A stretch of DNA of 64,000 nt from Nemertoderma westbladi. Taxonomy: Eukaryota; Animalia; Xenacoelomorpha. Both the position numbers and the translations under genes were made by a program. The notes below the pieces were generated by a model that saw only the letters and a program-made list of their open reading frames with translations, searched no databases and was not told where the DNA came from. How positions within the stretch are numbered: position 1 is the stretch's first letter; every line of letters begins with the position of its first letter. The stretch lies in assembly GCA_032718475.1 (NCBI GenBank), contig JAUCBJ010005572.1, forward strand, positions 1 to 64,000. Reading direction: 5' to 3'. This document shows positions 13,454-26,062 of this stretch, in pieces.

Positions 13454-14340
13454 CCAAGTATTATTAAGAGCAACTCCGGAAGTCCCCTTCCCAGAAGTGG
13501 TACTCCACCTCTCCAGACTGCCTGCCAATGGCTTCCACATATCAACTGGACACATTGGTTACTCTACTCTGGTCTCTTGCCCTTGGTCCCACCTGGAGTC
13601 ACACCGGCTGTCTACCATATTGCGCACAAGGTATATTGTTCAAACTGGTCCGATCCAATTTCGCATTGTTTCCTGCATCTTGTGGTGTATAAGACGGTAT
13701 AAGTAGGTAAGTTGGCCTACATTTTATGCGTTGGACTTAGAATCTCTAGGTACTGAGTTCAATCGGACCGCGTTCCAGTGAATTTTTTTTGATAAAGTAA
13801 GATTGGTAGTAAGTCATTCAAGGAAACAGTTCATGCGTTAGTAGACGAGGACCTTTGCGCTTGACCATGAGGGTGTAAATTGCGGACATCCCCCCCCCCC
13901 CCCCCCCCCCGAGAGCGGCACTGACTATCTTAGAAACAAAAATAAGTTCTACAGAAATTATATGTCTTCCCTTTGAATTCATGGTTGAATAGGAAAGCGC
14001 ATTTCCTCTTACAGATCCATTGTTAGACAGACGAATGGGTTTCTTATCGATTCAATATGGGAATAAGCATGGCATAGCATACATAATTGTGGTACTTTTA
14101 CTTTTATCATTTTGTACACTTTGGTCGATTTGATAGAAACTACAAACAAACTGAAGTGCTGATGCGAATTCGTTTAGCAGCGGGACATTCAAACATTTCT
14201 AAGGAAGCTTTATTGGCGCTGATTCAGCTATGAATGAATCGCTTCTTTTTACGCGGAAAGAATTATAATCAGGAAACTTGTCAAAGATTGCACAACTTTT
14301 GTGAGGATATTTATTCATACTGCAATTGCATTTTGGGCAC

Positions 14341-14392
14341 AAGTTTAGAATAAAAAATACTTCATTCATGAAGCATTTTTTATTCTAAACTT
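14341..14392. repeat. Short near-perfect palindrome
   Basis: AAGTTTAGAATAAAAAATACTTCAT tc ATGAAGCATTTTTTATTCTAAACTT. Confidence 0.8.
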
Positions 14393-16639
14393 GGCTTTAG
14401 CCTCGTTTTCGATTTAGATGCAAGGACGCAAACACACCTAGCTGTACGGGAAGCTACCACTACCTCTCTTAGCGGCAATGCATCGGCTGTAAACGGCTAG
14501 ACCGTTTGTGAATCAGCTGCAAGCCGCTAAGTGTCGCTGCAAGCCGCTAAGTGTCGCTACGAGTATCTACGGAAGGTGTCTTTACGGTTTTGCAGGTAAA
14601 TCGAAAGGGGAACTTTAACAAACAAGAGTCAAGTTCGGGCTGGTTTGTCATCTGAAGATTGTTTGTTGATTTAAGGTTTTATTTTTTTAACGAGCATGGC
14701 TTTCCGAAGCTTGGCCTTGGGTATATGCTGATGAGGATTAAAGCAATTAATGACAAGTGCCTCTTTATAACATTTTATCAACTTCAATGCAATTGGCCTT
14801 GCGTTTTCCTTACTGCTCTAAGAGAGAAACATTCGATATCAGATATCATCGATTTAGCTAAAATTTGGTTGAAGCCAAAGGGCGCATCGTGTGAATTGCG
14901 TTACAGAATAGCTTGTGGAACCGACACTAAGTGTCGTAATCCCCACCTTCGCGGGAGGGCATATTTACTAATGAGACGAAATACGCAATCCCTCAAGTGA
15001 AATCAATTTAATTTAGCATGAAAAAGAGCCCTTTGAGTAGGGATGTAAGTAGGTAGACAAGGGGACTCTGTCAGTGTCTTATTAGTTAAGAGTATGTACA
15101 ACTGTTATGTCGTTACTGCCTGGAGTTATATCTATCTCCATTGGTACTCACCAATCATTATCATGATGGTAGCTCCACATTGCTTGCGATCTCTCTAAAG
15201 GAGTCAGCAATTAATATAATACCGTCACACATAGCCTCCGGATCCAATTCCTGATTGATAATTCCTGGAAAACAGGTATCTTTCTTTTGCCAAATCCCCC
15301 GTCACTAATGGAACGCACCAATCAAAACTTACTAATCAATAGATAAATTTAGCCCAGTAGAGTTTTGCCGCCCTTTCGGTATTTCCCTGAACGGAACGAT
15401 TCTATTTACAGAAAACGTAACTAAAGGGAATTTCTTTAACTTTGATAAGGCTTATGCATTTTACTCTGCATGATAAATTTATTTATCATATTTGTCATTA
15501 TTTGAAAATGAAAACTTGTTATTATTATGGAGATGAAAAGTACCACAATTTGTGCTCCCTGCTCAGTCAAGTAAATCCCCATTTCTTTTTCTTTATCAAA
15601 ACTAGTGACTTTCAGCAAACACAGGAATCTAAATTGAACCATGTCTAACACAGGTTGTCATTGTTCTATAATAGCAGTGTTCGCTAATACGTATCATTTC
15701 GCCTACAGGGTAACGCAGGGTTTGGGATTAATTTTGCCATGTCTTCGTTGGTTTCATAGGCGGGTTAAGTAAGACCTATCATTATCAGGATAATTGATTT
15801 TACTAAACGACCGGCTATGAAAAATATACCAGTTTATGTGACGAACTGATAAAAGCCGAAGAAGAAGGTCCGGGGACCTGTTGACCAGTTGAGGGACATG
15901 TTGGGCGGACTAGTATACATAATCCCACGCTCTGCAGAGTTGTTAGAAGTCAGTTTGCGTTTGGATTAATTGTTCTTGAGCAAGTATGTATGTATGATGA
16001 TGGCCTATAAAACCAATGCATTCCACTTTGATTTATGAGAGGGCTATTGACTGCTTAGCTTAGGAGTTTGACAAAAAGGTTTCAGCAACATTGGCTAAGT
16101 GGATGACTGACTAGCTTATCATTTTTAAGTTCTGCGTTTGCTAATTTTTTTAAACAATGCATATTGGAGAAGGGGATCCTTTTAAGGTGTTCAAAATGGA
16201 ATTCTCCAGGGAAAGCGTCTTGACTTACGATACGTAAATTTCTTCAATTCACTTTATTGCATGCTTTTTTTTTACCGAGAGTGCATTACAATATCAACTC
16301 GATTAAACATTGAGTATTATACTGTTCTTCAATGCACAGTGACCAACCACATTCTATATAATATACAATAAGGATGATTCAGTTCACCATATCAGATTAT
16401 ATGTATTATTTAAATCAAAGTAAAATAATATAAAATCAATGTAAAAAAAACTGTAAAATCAATGTTTGATTGATTTTAGATTATTTTACATTTATTTTAC
16501 ATTGTTTTACTTTGATTTAATTCAAGGAAATATCAATTAGGAGGACAAATATTATTTCCATCTATATTATTTGCATCAATATTATTTCGCATCTTTGTGA
16601 ACTTTGCATCTGATTGTTGTTATTTGTTCTATAATATAT

Positions 16640-16724
16640 ACAGACACACACCTGTCAAGACGTCGAATTTACATATTTTCCATAGAAAATATGTAAATTC
16701 GACGTCTTGACGGTGTGTGTCTGT
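16640..16724. repeat. 85-bp near-perfect palindrome
   Basis: ACAGACACACACCTGTCAAGACGTCGAATTTACATATTTTC cata GAAAATATGTAAATTCGACGTCTTGACGGTGTGTGTCTGT, with one bulged base. Confidence 0.9.
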
Positions 16725-18111
16725 TGAATGATTGCATGATCACCACCTATAATGGTTTTGCGGTGTACTTACATATATTCGAAAGTGAGGTTGGTTGTCT
16801 GAGGCATAAATAAACCTGCTCTTATGCACTTATGCAAATATAACACATGTTCATCTGTAAACTCTATATTTATTAATTAATTATTAGAAGAGGAAGGCCT
16901 CAATTTGGATTGTGTCACTTCATTGTTTACTTTTTGTTTGCTAGGGAGGGTTAGCCATAAAAATGACTACTTGAATTATAAATAGTTCCGCCTTCACAAA
17001 GAAATAGTAAATGTAATTTTCATTTGATAGAAGTACTTAATACTACAGCTGAAGCGTTTTATCTAAATAAATCTATAGCAATTAATAAGAGAGTTCGATT
17101 GTTATGTCCCTGCGTCTGGCGTTAGTGGCGTCGCATTCAGATCTCATAATGATTAGGCATCTAACGGGTGTAGCCAAATATTTCGATTGCTAATCTGTAT
17201 TAATACGAGTTTGCTCTATGCTGGTAACATTTTAACCATGTTCGTTGGGGCATTGCTGATAATTAACTGGAATCAGGCATGCCTGAACCTGATAATTAAA
17301 TAAACTCGTTCTATGATTACTGTTTTTTTATCATAATGATAACAAATACAACGCAGAAGGCCAAGTACAGGTGCTTTGAATAGTTTCTAATTAGACGAAG
17401 TTAAATAAAAGCCTCGTGGTTAAGATTAGGCTTAGCAACTTAAACAATTATTTTTTGACATTAGGTCTTCAGTCCGAGTCTGGTTTCATTACCATACATT
17501 AATGATACGTTTTCCCTGTTTCGAACTGAAGATTTGCACCGAATTATTATTAATGTAATATAATCGATAATGCCACTTATATCCCAGATTATCCTATCTT
17601 AAAAATTTGGACAAACCGCCATGCTGGTAAATGGGAATTTTACCCAGGGGGTCCGCTCCAGGGAGTACGAACTGCTAGACGTATGAACTGATAGCATCTG
17701 AGTGTGTCTGCTTGGAGGACTGGAGACACTTAGCCAAGGGGAAGCTGCATCCCCTGCATCAAGTACTTCAGTATGAGAGGTGCTAAACCATTAATATTGG
17801 TGCAGAGAACATGGGAGATGGGATGCAGTTTCTTATGTGTAAAGTAAAATATGGGCAAATAATGCTTTATATTTGAGTGCATTTGTATCCCCAGTTGAGG
17901 AAATACAATATATTTTATGTCTGTTTGCGTGTTTGGATCTTCTCAAGTGCTCCTTTCCATCATAAATTGGTAATTCTTCCAGAGTCCTTCATTCTGAATT
18001 TTCAATTTTTCTTAGTATGATTTGTAACTAACACGAGTTCCTGATCTAACGATGGCTTGGTAAAACTTGATCACGCATTGGGGATTTTGTTTACTCTTTT
18101 GGATTCTGATG

Positions 18112-18975
18112 ACTGCCAATGTGCAAAGCGACCGCGGCTAATTAGCCGGCGTTAGGACTTCTTACTGTAAAAGTATTCACTATGTATGTACTGTATCTAT
18201 TCGTAACGTAACGTAACGTAACGTACTTCGAATACGTAAGGGAAAGGCATGGGCAGCCTTGAATAGGCTTTCCAGGATTTGGAAGTTACCGAGAATTAAT
18301 CGGAAACTTAAGGTCCGATTATTTAGAGCAGCAGTAGTTCCAGTACTCCTCTATGGGAGTCCATGCTGGGCTCTAACTGCTGAGGACACCAAATCTCTGG
18401 ATGGCACATTCACAAGAATGCTACGCCGGGTTCATTGTGTCAAGTACAATGCACACATCTCCAACCAGACACTATATAACATTGGAGGTGTCTCATTGGT
18501 TCCCCCAAGCTTGACACTAGAACAAAATCGCCTCCGCTTTGCAGGACATTGCTTTCGCCGTGAGGACCAGCCAGTGCATAATCTTGTACTTTGGCAGCCT
18601 CATGGAGTGAATAAGCATGGTGGACAGCCCATGACTTTCTTGAGACGCATCTTAAAGGACACTGGCCTTAAAGATGCGGATGATCTAGCAAATGTCATGG
18701 GTGATAGGGAGTTGTGGCGGTGCAATTTTGTTGACAAGCCGGCACAGCATTCTTAAAAATGCAGCTGCAATGCAGCATGCCGATCCTAGTAGTACTGTAT
18801 CTATATGTATATCAGGTGAATTCCTCTGAAACTATAGCTCGTCCGTCAATGAAAGTTATGTCAATCGACGCAGCTCAACCCCAGGATCTTGAAAAAAAAG
18901 TTTCGAAAAAATTAAAGTGCCTTTTTTTTATTTCGAAAAATAGTCCCAAAACACGAAAATTGCCATAGACTCAAT
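18112..18975. mobile_element. HINE/DINE-1-like non-autonomous element, interrupted by an RTE and a LINE (appears to resume at 25325)
   Basis: GC-rich motif near 18130-18150, a (TATG)n microsatellite, and the motif CCATAGACTCAAT|GG apparently split by the LINE insertion. Confidence 0.4.
18226..18791 (+). mobile_element. 5'-truncated RTE-clade LINE
   Basis: C-terminal ORF ...KLKVRLFRAAVVPVLLYGS..W...RLRFAGHCFR (18259-18756); (TAG)n tail; 13-bp TSD GTACTGTATCTAT (18188-18200 and 18792-18804). Confidence 0.9.
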
Positions 18976-19025
18976 TTATTTATTTTTTTATACTGAGTCA
19001 TTAACAAAAAAGGTGAAGGTTCAAG

Positions 19026-21511
19026 ATGGCGGAAATCAAAGAAACAATGGAGAAATGAACACTGCACGCCTTAAATCATTTTTAGCAAAGCACGAAGTAC
19101 CATCTACTGGACGCCGAGCTGAACTACTGACCCGTGCGGATCGGCTTATTATTAACGGTGTCGTATCTCTGGATTCTGTCGTCCCGGTCGACTCCTTAGT
19201 GGACCCCGCTGTCATTCCCAAGACGACGGTGGTAAACAATCCTGAGTATACCTCCCTAATCCCGGAGGCAAACTCGCTGGAGAATCCCGCCCTAATCCCG
19301 GAGGCGACGGAGGAAAACTCCCCGGAGGATCCCACCCTAATCCTGGAGGCGATGGAGGCAAACTCCCTAGAGGATCCCACCCTAATCCCAGAAGCTATGG
19401 AGGTAAACTCCCTGGAGGATCCCGTCCTAATCCCGGAGGACTCAGAGGTAAACTCGCCGGAGAATTATGCCCTAATCCCAGAGGCGACGGAGTTAAACTC
19501 CCCAGAGGATCCCACCCTAGTCCCAGAGGCGACGGAGGTAAACTCCCCGGATGATCCCGCCCAAAGCCCTCCATTTGCTTCAGTTACTTGTAATTCGGTT
19601 CTAATAGAGGACTTACAAGATTATGGCTCTTGGAAACCCCGTAGGTCTAGCAGGAAGATCACTGATTTCTTCAGAAAAACCAGTTCTTCACAACACGGTT
19701 CACCAGAATTACCGCAATTTTTAATACAAACATTCGCAAAGGACTGGTGCTTTTAAAGCCAAGTGAAACTGACTGGAGGTACTTCCAACCTGGTCAGAAA
19801 TTAACAACAACGGTAGTGGACTCCTTCCTCTCATTACTGGGTATTCAAGGTGGAAACAGAATTGGCTGTATTGACACCGCTTTGTGCAGTAAATTGCATC
19901 AGAACAACTTTGATACTGCCAGTGCCATTAAGTATATTGCCTCCTCTTGCGACATTGGCACCACATCACTTATATTCTTCCCTGATTGTCACAAGGATCA
20001 CTTTGTTCTACACATTGCAGATCTAAAGCAACATTCTGTCCATACCCTGTGTAGTCTTAGCCAGTTTATGGAACCAACTACCATCACAATACGTATATGT
20101 TATCTTTTAAACCTAATTGATCACATAGCGCGGGGAGTACCTAATGCGTGGTCAACTGTGTCGCATGCTAATCCCTTTCCGCTCCAGAGACCGGGGAGTA
20201 ACGACTGTGGCATATTTGTATGTCTATATGCCCTTGCCCTCTGCAGTGACTTTTAATTAACTCAGGATGTCTGTTCTGGTGACATCAGACATTGGTTACA
20301 CAGTTGTATTTCCAATATCAAGCTATATGACCCTAACTCGCTAGAGCCTTTCCTGTACACATTGCAGGATGATCATTGACCACATTGCACAAGCAAAGAT
20401 GCAGGTATGGCAACACAAACTCATTCTGCAGGCCTCAAGAAGGACATTGGGAAGTTCACTCGGTACACCATAACAGATTTCACCCACCTGTTTAATATTA
20501 TTCAAGAAATGCAGTTCCTGGCATTCCTTGCACGTCAGAACGACAGGGACTATGCAGTGGACGTGTATGAACTCATGATTTGTCTGAAAGAAACAAGATT
20601 CACGGTGAAATGCCGCAGGCATCTCAAGTACACCTCCATAGATATGGGTGGGCCAGTATCGAACGATGTCCTCCGTCATGACCTTATAAAGTCAGTAGAT
20701 ACTTTGCAAGCTCGACTTACCAAAACAGAATTTCAGAACAATCAACTGCAGATTGAGTTGAAGAAGTTGCGAGATGAGCTGGCACATGAGCGGCACTCAC
20801 GGCTCATTCTAGAGGCTTCTATCAACAAACAGACTAAACTGGAACATCCTCCTGGAAGTCCCTTACAGTCAGCCGACTGTGACAAACCCATTAATCAAAT
20901 AACCGAAAGCACATGGTTTGAACAGAAAACTAAAAAAGTGAATCGCTCTGGTCTTAACCAACATCTGCCAACCACAACTGCTATATCCACTAGCAACCGT
21001 TTCAAAGGTCTACCAGTTGAGTATACAAACCCCAGCCAGGCAGGGCCGGCTGAATTCAGTGAAGACAACGCCTAACACTGTCGATCCAATATGTCATTCA
21101 TATGGGGAAAATAGTGACTGGAGAAAGGGAAATCCAAATACTCATATGAAGAAATACTCCGAGGCGCTGAATTTTCAAGTTGAGTCTAGAGATAAAAACA
21201 CACACGAACGTTGGCCAGTAAGCCAGAATAAGCTGTCAGCTCCAAGACACCAGCGTGTTGATTACCCTTATTCATATCTATATGTCAGTGGACTTCCTCA
21301 ACATACAAGCGAATCACAAATCCGTAACTACTTGTCCAGCAGGAAAATCATGGTACAACGAATCAGATGGACAGTAAAGTTTTGTCAATCCAATAGCATA
21401 CGCATAACCGTAAACAAAATGGATCAAAATCGTCTTTGTAGTGCTAATTTCTGGCCAAGTGGAAGAAATGTTGTGAGTGGACAACCAATAAGAGGACTAA
21501 TCAAGGCCTAG
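19026..21511 (+). pseudogene. LINE ORF1: SAP domain, 15-aa tandem repeat, Ulp1/C48 SUMO-protease-like domain, coiled coil, RRM
   Basis: SAP-like MNTARLKSFLAKHEVPSTGRRAELLTRA; repeats (EDPTLIPEATEVNSP)n; Ulp1-like LIFFP..KDHFVLHIADLK..SVHTLCSL...PLQRPGSNDCGIFVC; coil LQARLTKTEFQNNQLQIELKKLRDEL; RRM LYVSGLP...FWPSG. Broken by frameshifts and in-frame stops. Confidence 0.78.
19235..19562 (+). repeat. Coding ~45-bp minisatellite in LINE ORF1
   Basis: GAGGATCCCACCCTAATCCCGGAGGCGACGGAGGTAAACTCCCCG-like unit, about 7-8 copies. Confidence 0.85.
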
Positions 21512-21946
21512 CAACACCGAACTGTGGAGCTAACTCAATACTGGGATCAAAACTGTATTATTAGTAATGGGTTACAAGGGTCAAACTCAAGGTCGATACA
21601 TACTGTGCCCTATGATTATGCACATTGGAGTTCCCAGTTCAACTTGGATCCACAAGACCCCAATATTAAGGACTCACGCGGTCACCTAAGAAATGGGATG
21701 CCCCATGATTATGCACTCGGAATTCCAAACTTAATTTGCAACAATCTCGGCCATTCCAGCACATAGAAGCTCCAATGTTTGACTGCAAACTCGCTGATCA
21801 TGGTAGATACCCCCAATGGCCTCATCCAAACTTGGAATATCGCAATCACAAAAACATCCACACTAAGGACAAAGCGTACCTGAACCATTTTTGACCCACC
21901 CCTCAAGCAATCTCATCACCCTTGGCACTCCTATGAACTAAATAAT

Positions 21947-24900
21947 ATGGCTGAACGTATACGGATTGGTACTTTAAACTGTCATGGAATTATTAGTAAT
22001 ATCGACTACATCTCACAGTTATTGGGTGTGCTAACGTACCAGCTATCCAGGAACATTGGCTTGATGGAGTCGAGGCGAATAGTATCATAGCATAGCAGAA
22101 ATAAGCCCGGACTTCGACTGTGTCCACCTTGTGAGTGATCTAATGAAAAACCCATCACGTAAACGTGGTGCTGGAGGTGTATGTCTACTTATACGCAAAA
22201 ATGTTTGCAACAAATTCAGTGTAGTGTCATCATCCGACGACATTGTGGGTGTCATGGGCTCCATATCGGCTCCAAATCCATATCATATTTGTTTCTGGAT
22301 ATGCACCCGACTCATCCAAACCCGACTCTTTTTTTGAGGAGTTCCTTGGCAGGCTCTCAAATATTTTGGATATTAATCAACATGCAACACCATTTATCCT
22401 CTCCAATTTCAACTTTGATCTGGGTGCTCTCCAGGGTCTGGGTTGGAATAGAGAAAAGGCTACGGCTCGGGGCATTCGACTTCATCAATTCCTGCAGGAG
22501 CAGGGCTTACTACTGGCCCTAGACACCTACAGCCACTTCGACGGTCCAACAGTCACATTTATAGGTCATGGCTCTTCCTACATTGACCACATTCTTAACA
22601 CTTCAGAAGTCATGTCCAATGTTGTTAATGGTTGTGTTTACAAAACAAACCCCACAAACTTCTCTGATCACGTTCCAGTAGTTGCTACTGTCGATCTCTC
22701 CAGGTTATGTTCAAATCATGTAGAATCAGCGGACAGAATTAAATCTAGATCTGCTCCAGCTCGCATACAGTGGACGAGGGTAAATAAACAACAACTTTCT
22801 AGGTATTGAAACAATGTGTCAGAGTGTCCAAATAATCTATACGCCGAAGTTGGTATCCCACCTGCACAGTGGTCTGTCAATAACATAGATAAGTTTGCAA
22901 TGAGCCTACGACATAATCTGCATAATGCTTCCTCAAGGTACCTGCCCACTTCGAAGGGCAGGAGGAAAACAAAAAATCTAAGGATCAGGTCAACGGAAAT
23001 CAAAGAAAGATCGAAGGTCTGTCAACAACTATACAATTTACGGGTCTGCGAGGGGAAGCCAACCAACAGTATCCATGGCAACGCACTGAAAGAGTGGAAG
23101 CGCTCCCTGCGGCGTCTAAAGAACTGGGTAACAAAATCTATGGTGAAAAACGAAACCTCACATATTGCGAGCACTTCTAAATCAAATCCGAGAAAGTTCT
23201 GGCAGCACTTCAATTCAAAACAGCGTTCCGATAAACTGCCTCAAACAGCTGTGAATGCCATCAGACAGGATCTCAGAAATAACCATCAAAAGAGTAGTGA
23301 CTATTCTTCCTCCATAGATCAACTAAAGAGCGAACTTAGGCAACAATGTGCAAACTCATTTGTGCCAACAGTTTCACCTTTAGCTGTTCAGAGTGCTATA
23401 TCATCGCTGGCCAAGGGGAAGTCACCTGACAATCATTCCCTCTCCGTAGAACACTTTCTGTCCCTTGACGCACAAATCATTAGCTCTGCTCTTGCGGATT
23501 TAATCAATGCTTGTTTTAGAACTGGTCATACGCCGGAATTCATGGGGGAAACCATTTTGACACACATATATAAAGGAAAAGGCCGCAACATCAATGTGTC
23601 AAAGTCATATAGACCAATTGCTACAGTCTGCATTTTCGGGAAGATATTGGAATCTGTGATTCTACACGAATATTTCTCCTTGACGGATTTTATTCCACAA
23701 CAGCAACTCGTTTACCAGAAAAAGCTGGGGGCAGATCTAATTATCAGCACTATCCTAGAATTCTTAGAGTCCCAGCGCAGAACCGGCACCAATGTCTTCC
23801 TTTGTCAAATGGACATTTCTGGCGCATTTGGTAGCCTCAACTTTGTTCTACTGTTCCGTAAACTAAAGGAGATAATAAACCCTTATATCTGCCTAGTTCT
23901 ACTAGCGTATTATGAATCTACTTGTGCCTTTCTCAAGGTTGCCGACGAGATAGATGTTTGTGGGACCAACCTGGTAGGTGGAGTCAAGCAGGGGTCACTG
24001 TTGTCACCTTTACTGTTTCTTCTTTATATGAAGGATGTTCTGGATATCCTAACCTTAAACGGATTTGGGTCCATCGTTGGGCTCATTTGGCTGGGCATCA
24101 CTGCTCACTGCAACATCTGTCACCGAACTGACATTGGCTGCTGATATTTTCAGCATTGAAATGAATAAAGTGAAACTGGAGATTGATATGAGCAAAACAA
24201 AGTGGTCCAGCTATGGTAATGATTATACATGTGAAAATGTCCCTACATTTATGTCCATCAATGGAACATTAGTTCCACGATCAGATGACATGACCTTTTT
24301 GGGCTTCCCCATTGTACATCCACGTCGCAACAGCCTCCAGGATTGCATCCGCTCGATAGCCATAATGTCGGATTTATTTCATCGAAATGGGTGGAATGCG
24401 CGCTGGCTCGATTGCAGCACAATGGGATACCTGTGGCGGTCCATAGCTGTACCAACCATATCCTACTCATCGCGGTATCTGATTGGTTCGCTATGTTCAA
24501 AAGAAATCGCTGAACTTGACTCGTATTACCGGAAGACTCTGCGAGGTTTACTTTTCGTGGAACCTTATTCAAGCAACAACGTAACCTTTGCATTACTCAG
24601 ATGCAACGATTTTAGCGTGGAAATCTATAGACTTTGTGTCGGAACATTAACCAGAGTAAATAAGTGCCCAAATGTTTTATTACAGTCCATCCTGCGTATT
24701 GCATTACAGGCTAACTTGTCTGGGACAACAAATAACCTTTATGTAGGACTGGGCTCAGTTTTTGAAAAATATTCTCAAAAGTATGCTATCCCCAGTTTGA
24801 GCTCAATTTTGTGTTATAAACATAGTAAATGCTCACTATATAAGCTTCTAAAACCTGCAGCACTCACAATGGCGGAGGAATCCGACCGCGATTTTATTTT

Positions 24901-24991
24901 GCAGTGCTATACGCAGTCGTTGCCTTTCAAAACGCGTCATCATAGGATAGAACAATATTTTAACTGGATAAATAAAGTTAGGGTGACTTGA
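21947..24991 (+). pseudogene. LINE ORF2: AP endonuclease plus reverse transcriptase, disrupted
   Basis: MAERIRIGTLNCHG, IQEHWL, SYIDHIL, FSDHVP (APE); KGKSPD, SYRPI, QMDISGAF, GVKQGSLLSPLLF (RT). The catalytic ADD motif is missing at a frameshift near 24105; several stops. Confidence 0.88.
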
Positions 24992-26062
24992 TTGCTGGAT
25001 CGTATCCTATTTTGATTTATCGTGTATGAACTATAACTACAGTAGTAATTATTGAGTCTTTATTTAATGAACCGAATACAATCAGTAATTTTACCTGAAC
25101 TTACGAGCATAGCTTTTTTAGATGATCCTGTTTTTATTCTTTTATTATGAATGGCTTAGTAGTAGCAGTCTGTTTTAATTATCCTCAAATGTCATATCAA
25201 TTATTTTACTAACAGTGCTATTTTATATACTTCTGCAACCTGATTTTACTTTGTACTTCCCTTTTAAATTAACATAAATAAATGCCGGCTTGTCCGGATG
25301 AGGGCCAAGTAAACTACTATTATTGATTTAATGGATAGGCCCAAATTGCAGAGAAGTAAATTTCTTGCCAAGTGTGTTACCCTTTCACTCCTTCCTAGAC
25401 TGTAAGCAAACATCAACTGTTATTATTTGTATTATCTTGCGGGGCTTGAGCGAATTTCCAGTTTTCCCGTTCATGAATCAAGAAAAATGTGTAGCAATAC
25501 TGTATGGCACTTAGAAGGATAATTGAAGAGTTAAAAAGTAAAAGTAAATTTTCTTCGGCCACTAGGCCAGGGATTACGCACAAAGTCTGACGCCTTGTAG
25601 CATTGAAAAAATATATCAAATAATGCTCTAATAACCAATAGTTGTTGTAATTATTGACGCGTCCCCATAGCGTACAGTCAGTCTTATTATATCATTGAAT
25701 ATTTTTATTATTTTCCACGAACCAAGGTTGCAAACATAACTATTCTAGTTCAATCCTAAAATTTATTCTCGATTCAATATTATACTAACTATGGTGAGTC
25801 CGTTTACTGTCATCAATTTATTTTTTGTGCTTTTAATAAATTATCTCAAGAAATTAATTTCCTCTAAACTAGTCGACAACATTCAGTGCAACGACGACCG
25901 CACTTTATGCAGTTCGACAGAAAGAAACGAGGATAAATGATGTGACGTCGCTCGCAAGAGATTTCCCCAGAGTACGTCAAACGTATCTGCGTTATCATCC
26001 AAATGAAGATACATAAACACCATTTCCATTAAAACCGAATTTCACTAGAACCACCAACATCA

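Larger units (their letters stand above)
18976..25324 (+). mobile_element. Full-length decayed non-LTR retrotransposon (APE-RT, Proto2-like) with an unusual multi-domain ORF1
   Basis: ORF1 remnants at 19026-21511 and ORF2 remnants at 21947-24991; 3' UTR ending in AAACTACTATTATT; imperfect TSD GACTCAAT / GATTTAAT. Confidence 0.85.

Noticed and set aside
25285-25375. Hammerhead-like CGGATGAG-GGCC...GGCC-CAAA
   Set aside because: The core deviates from CUGAUGA and GAAA, there is no NUH site, and the halves straddle the inferred LINE 3' boundary.
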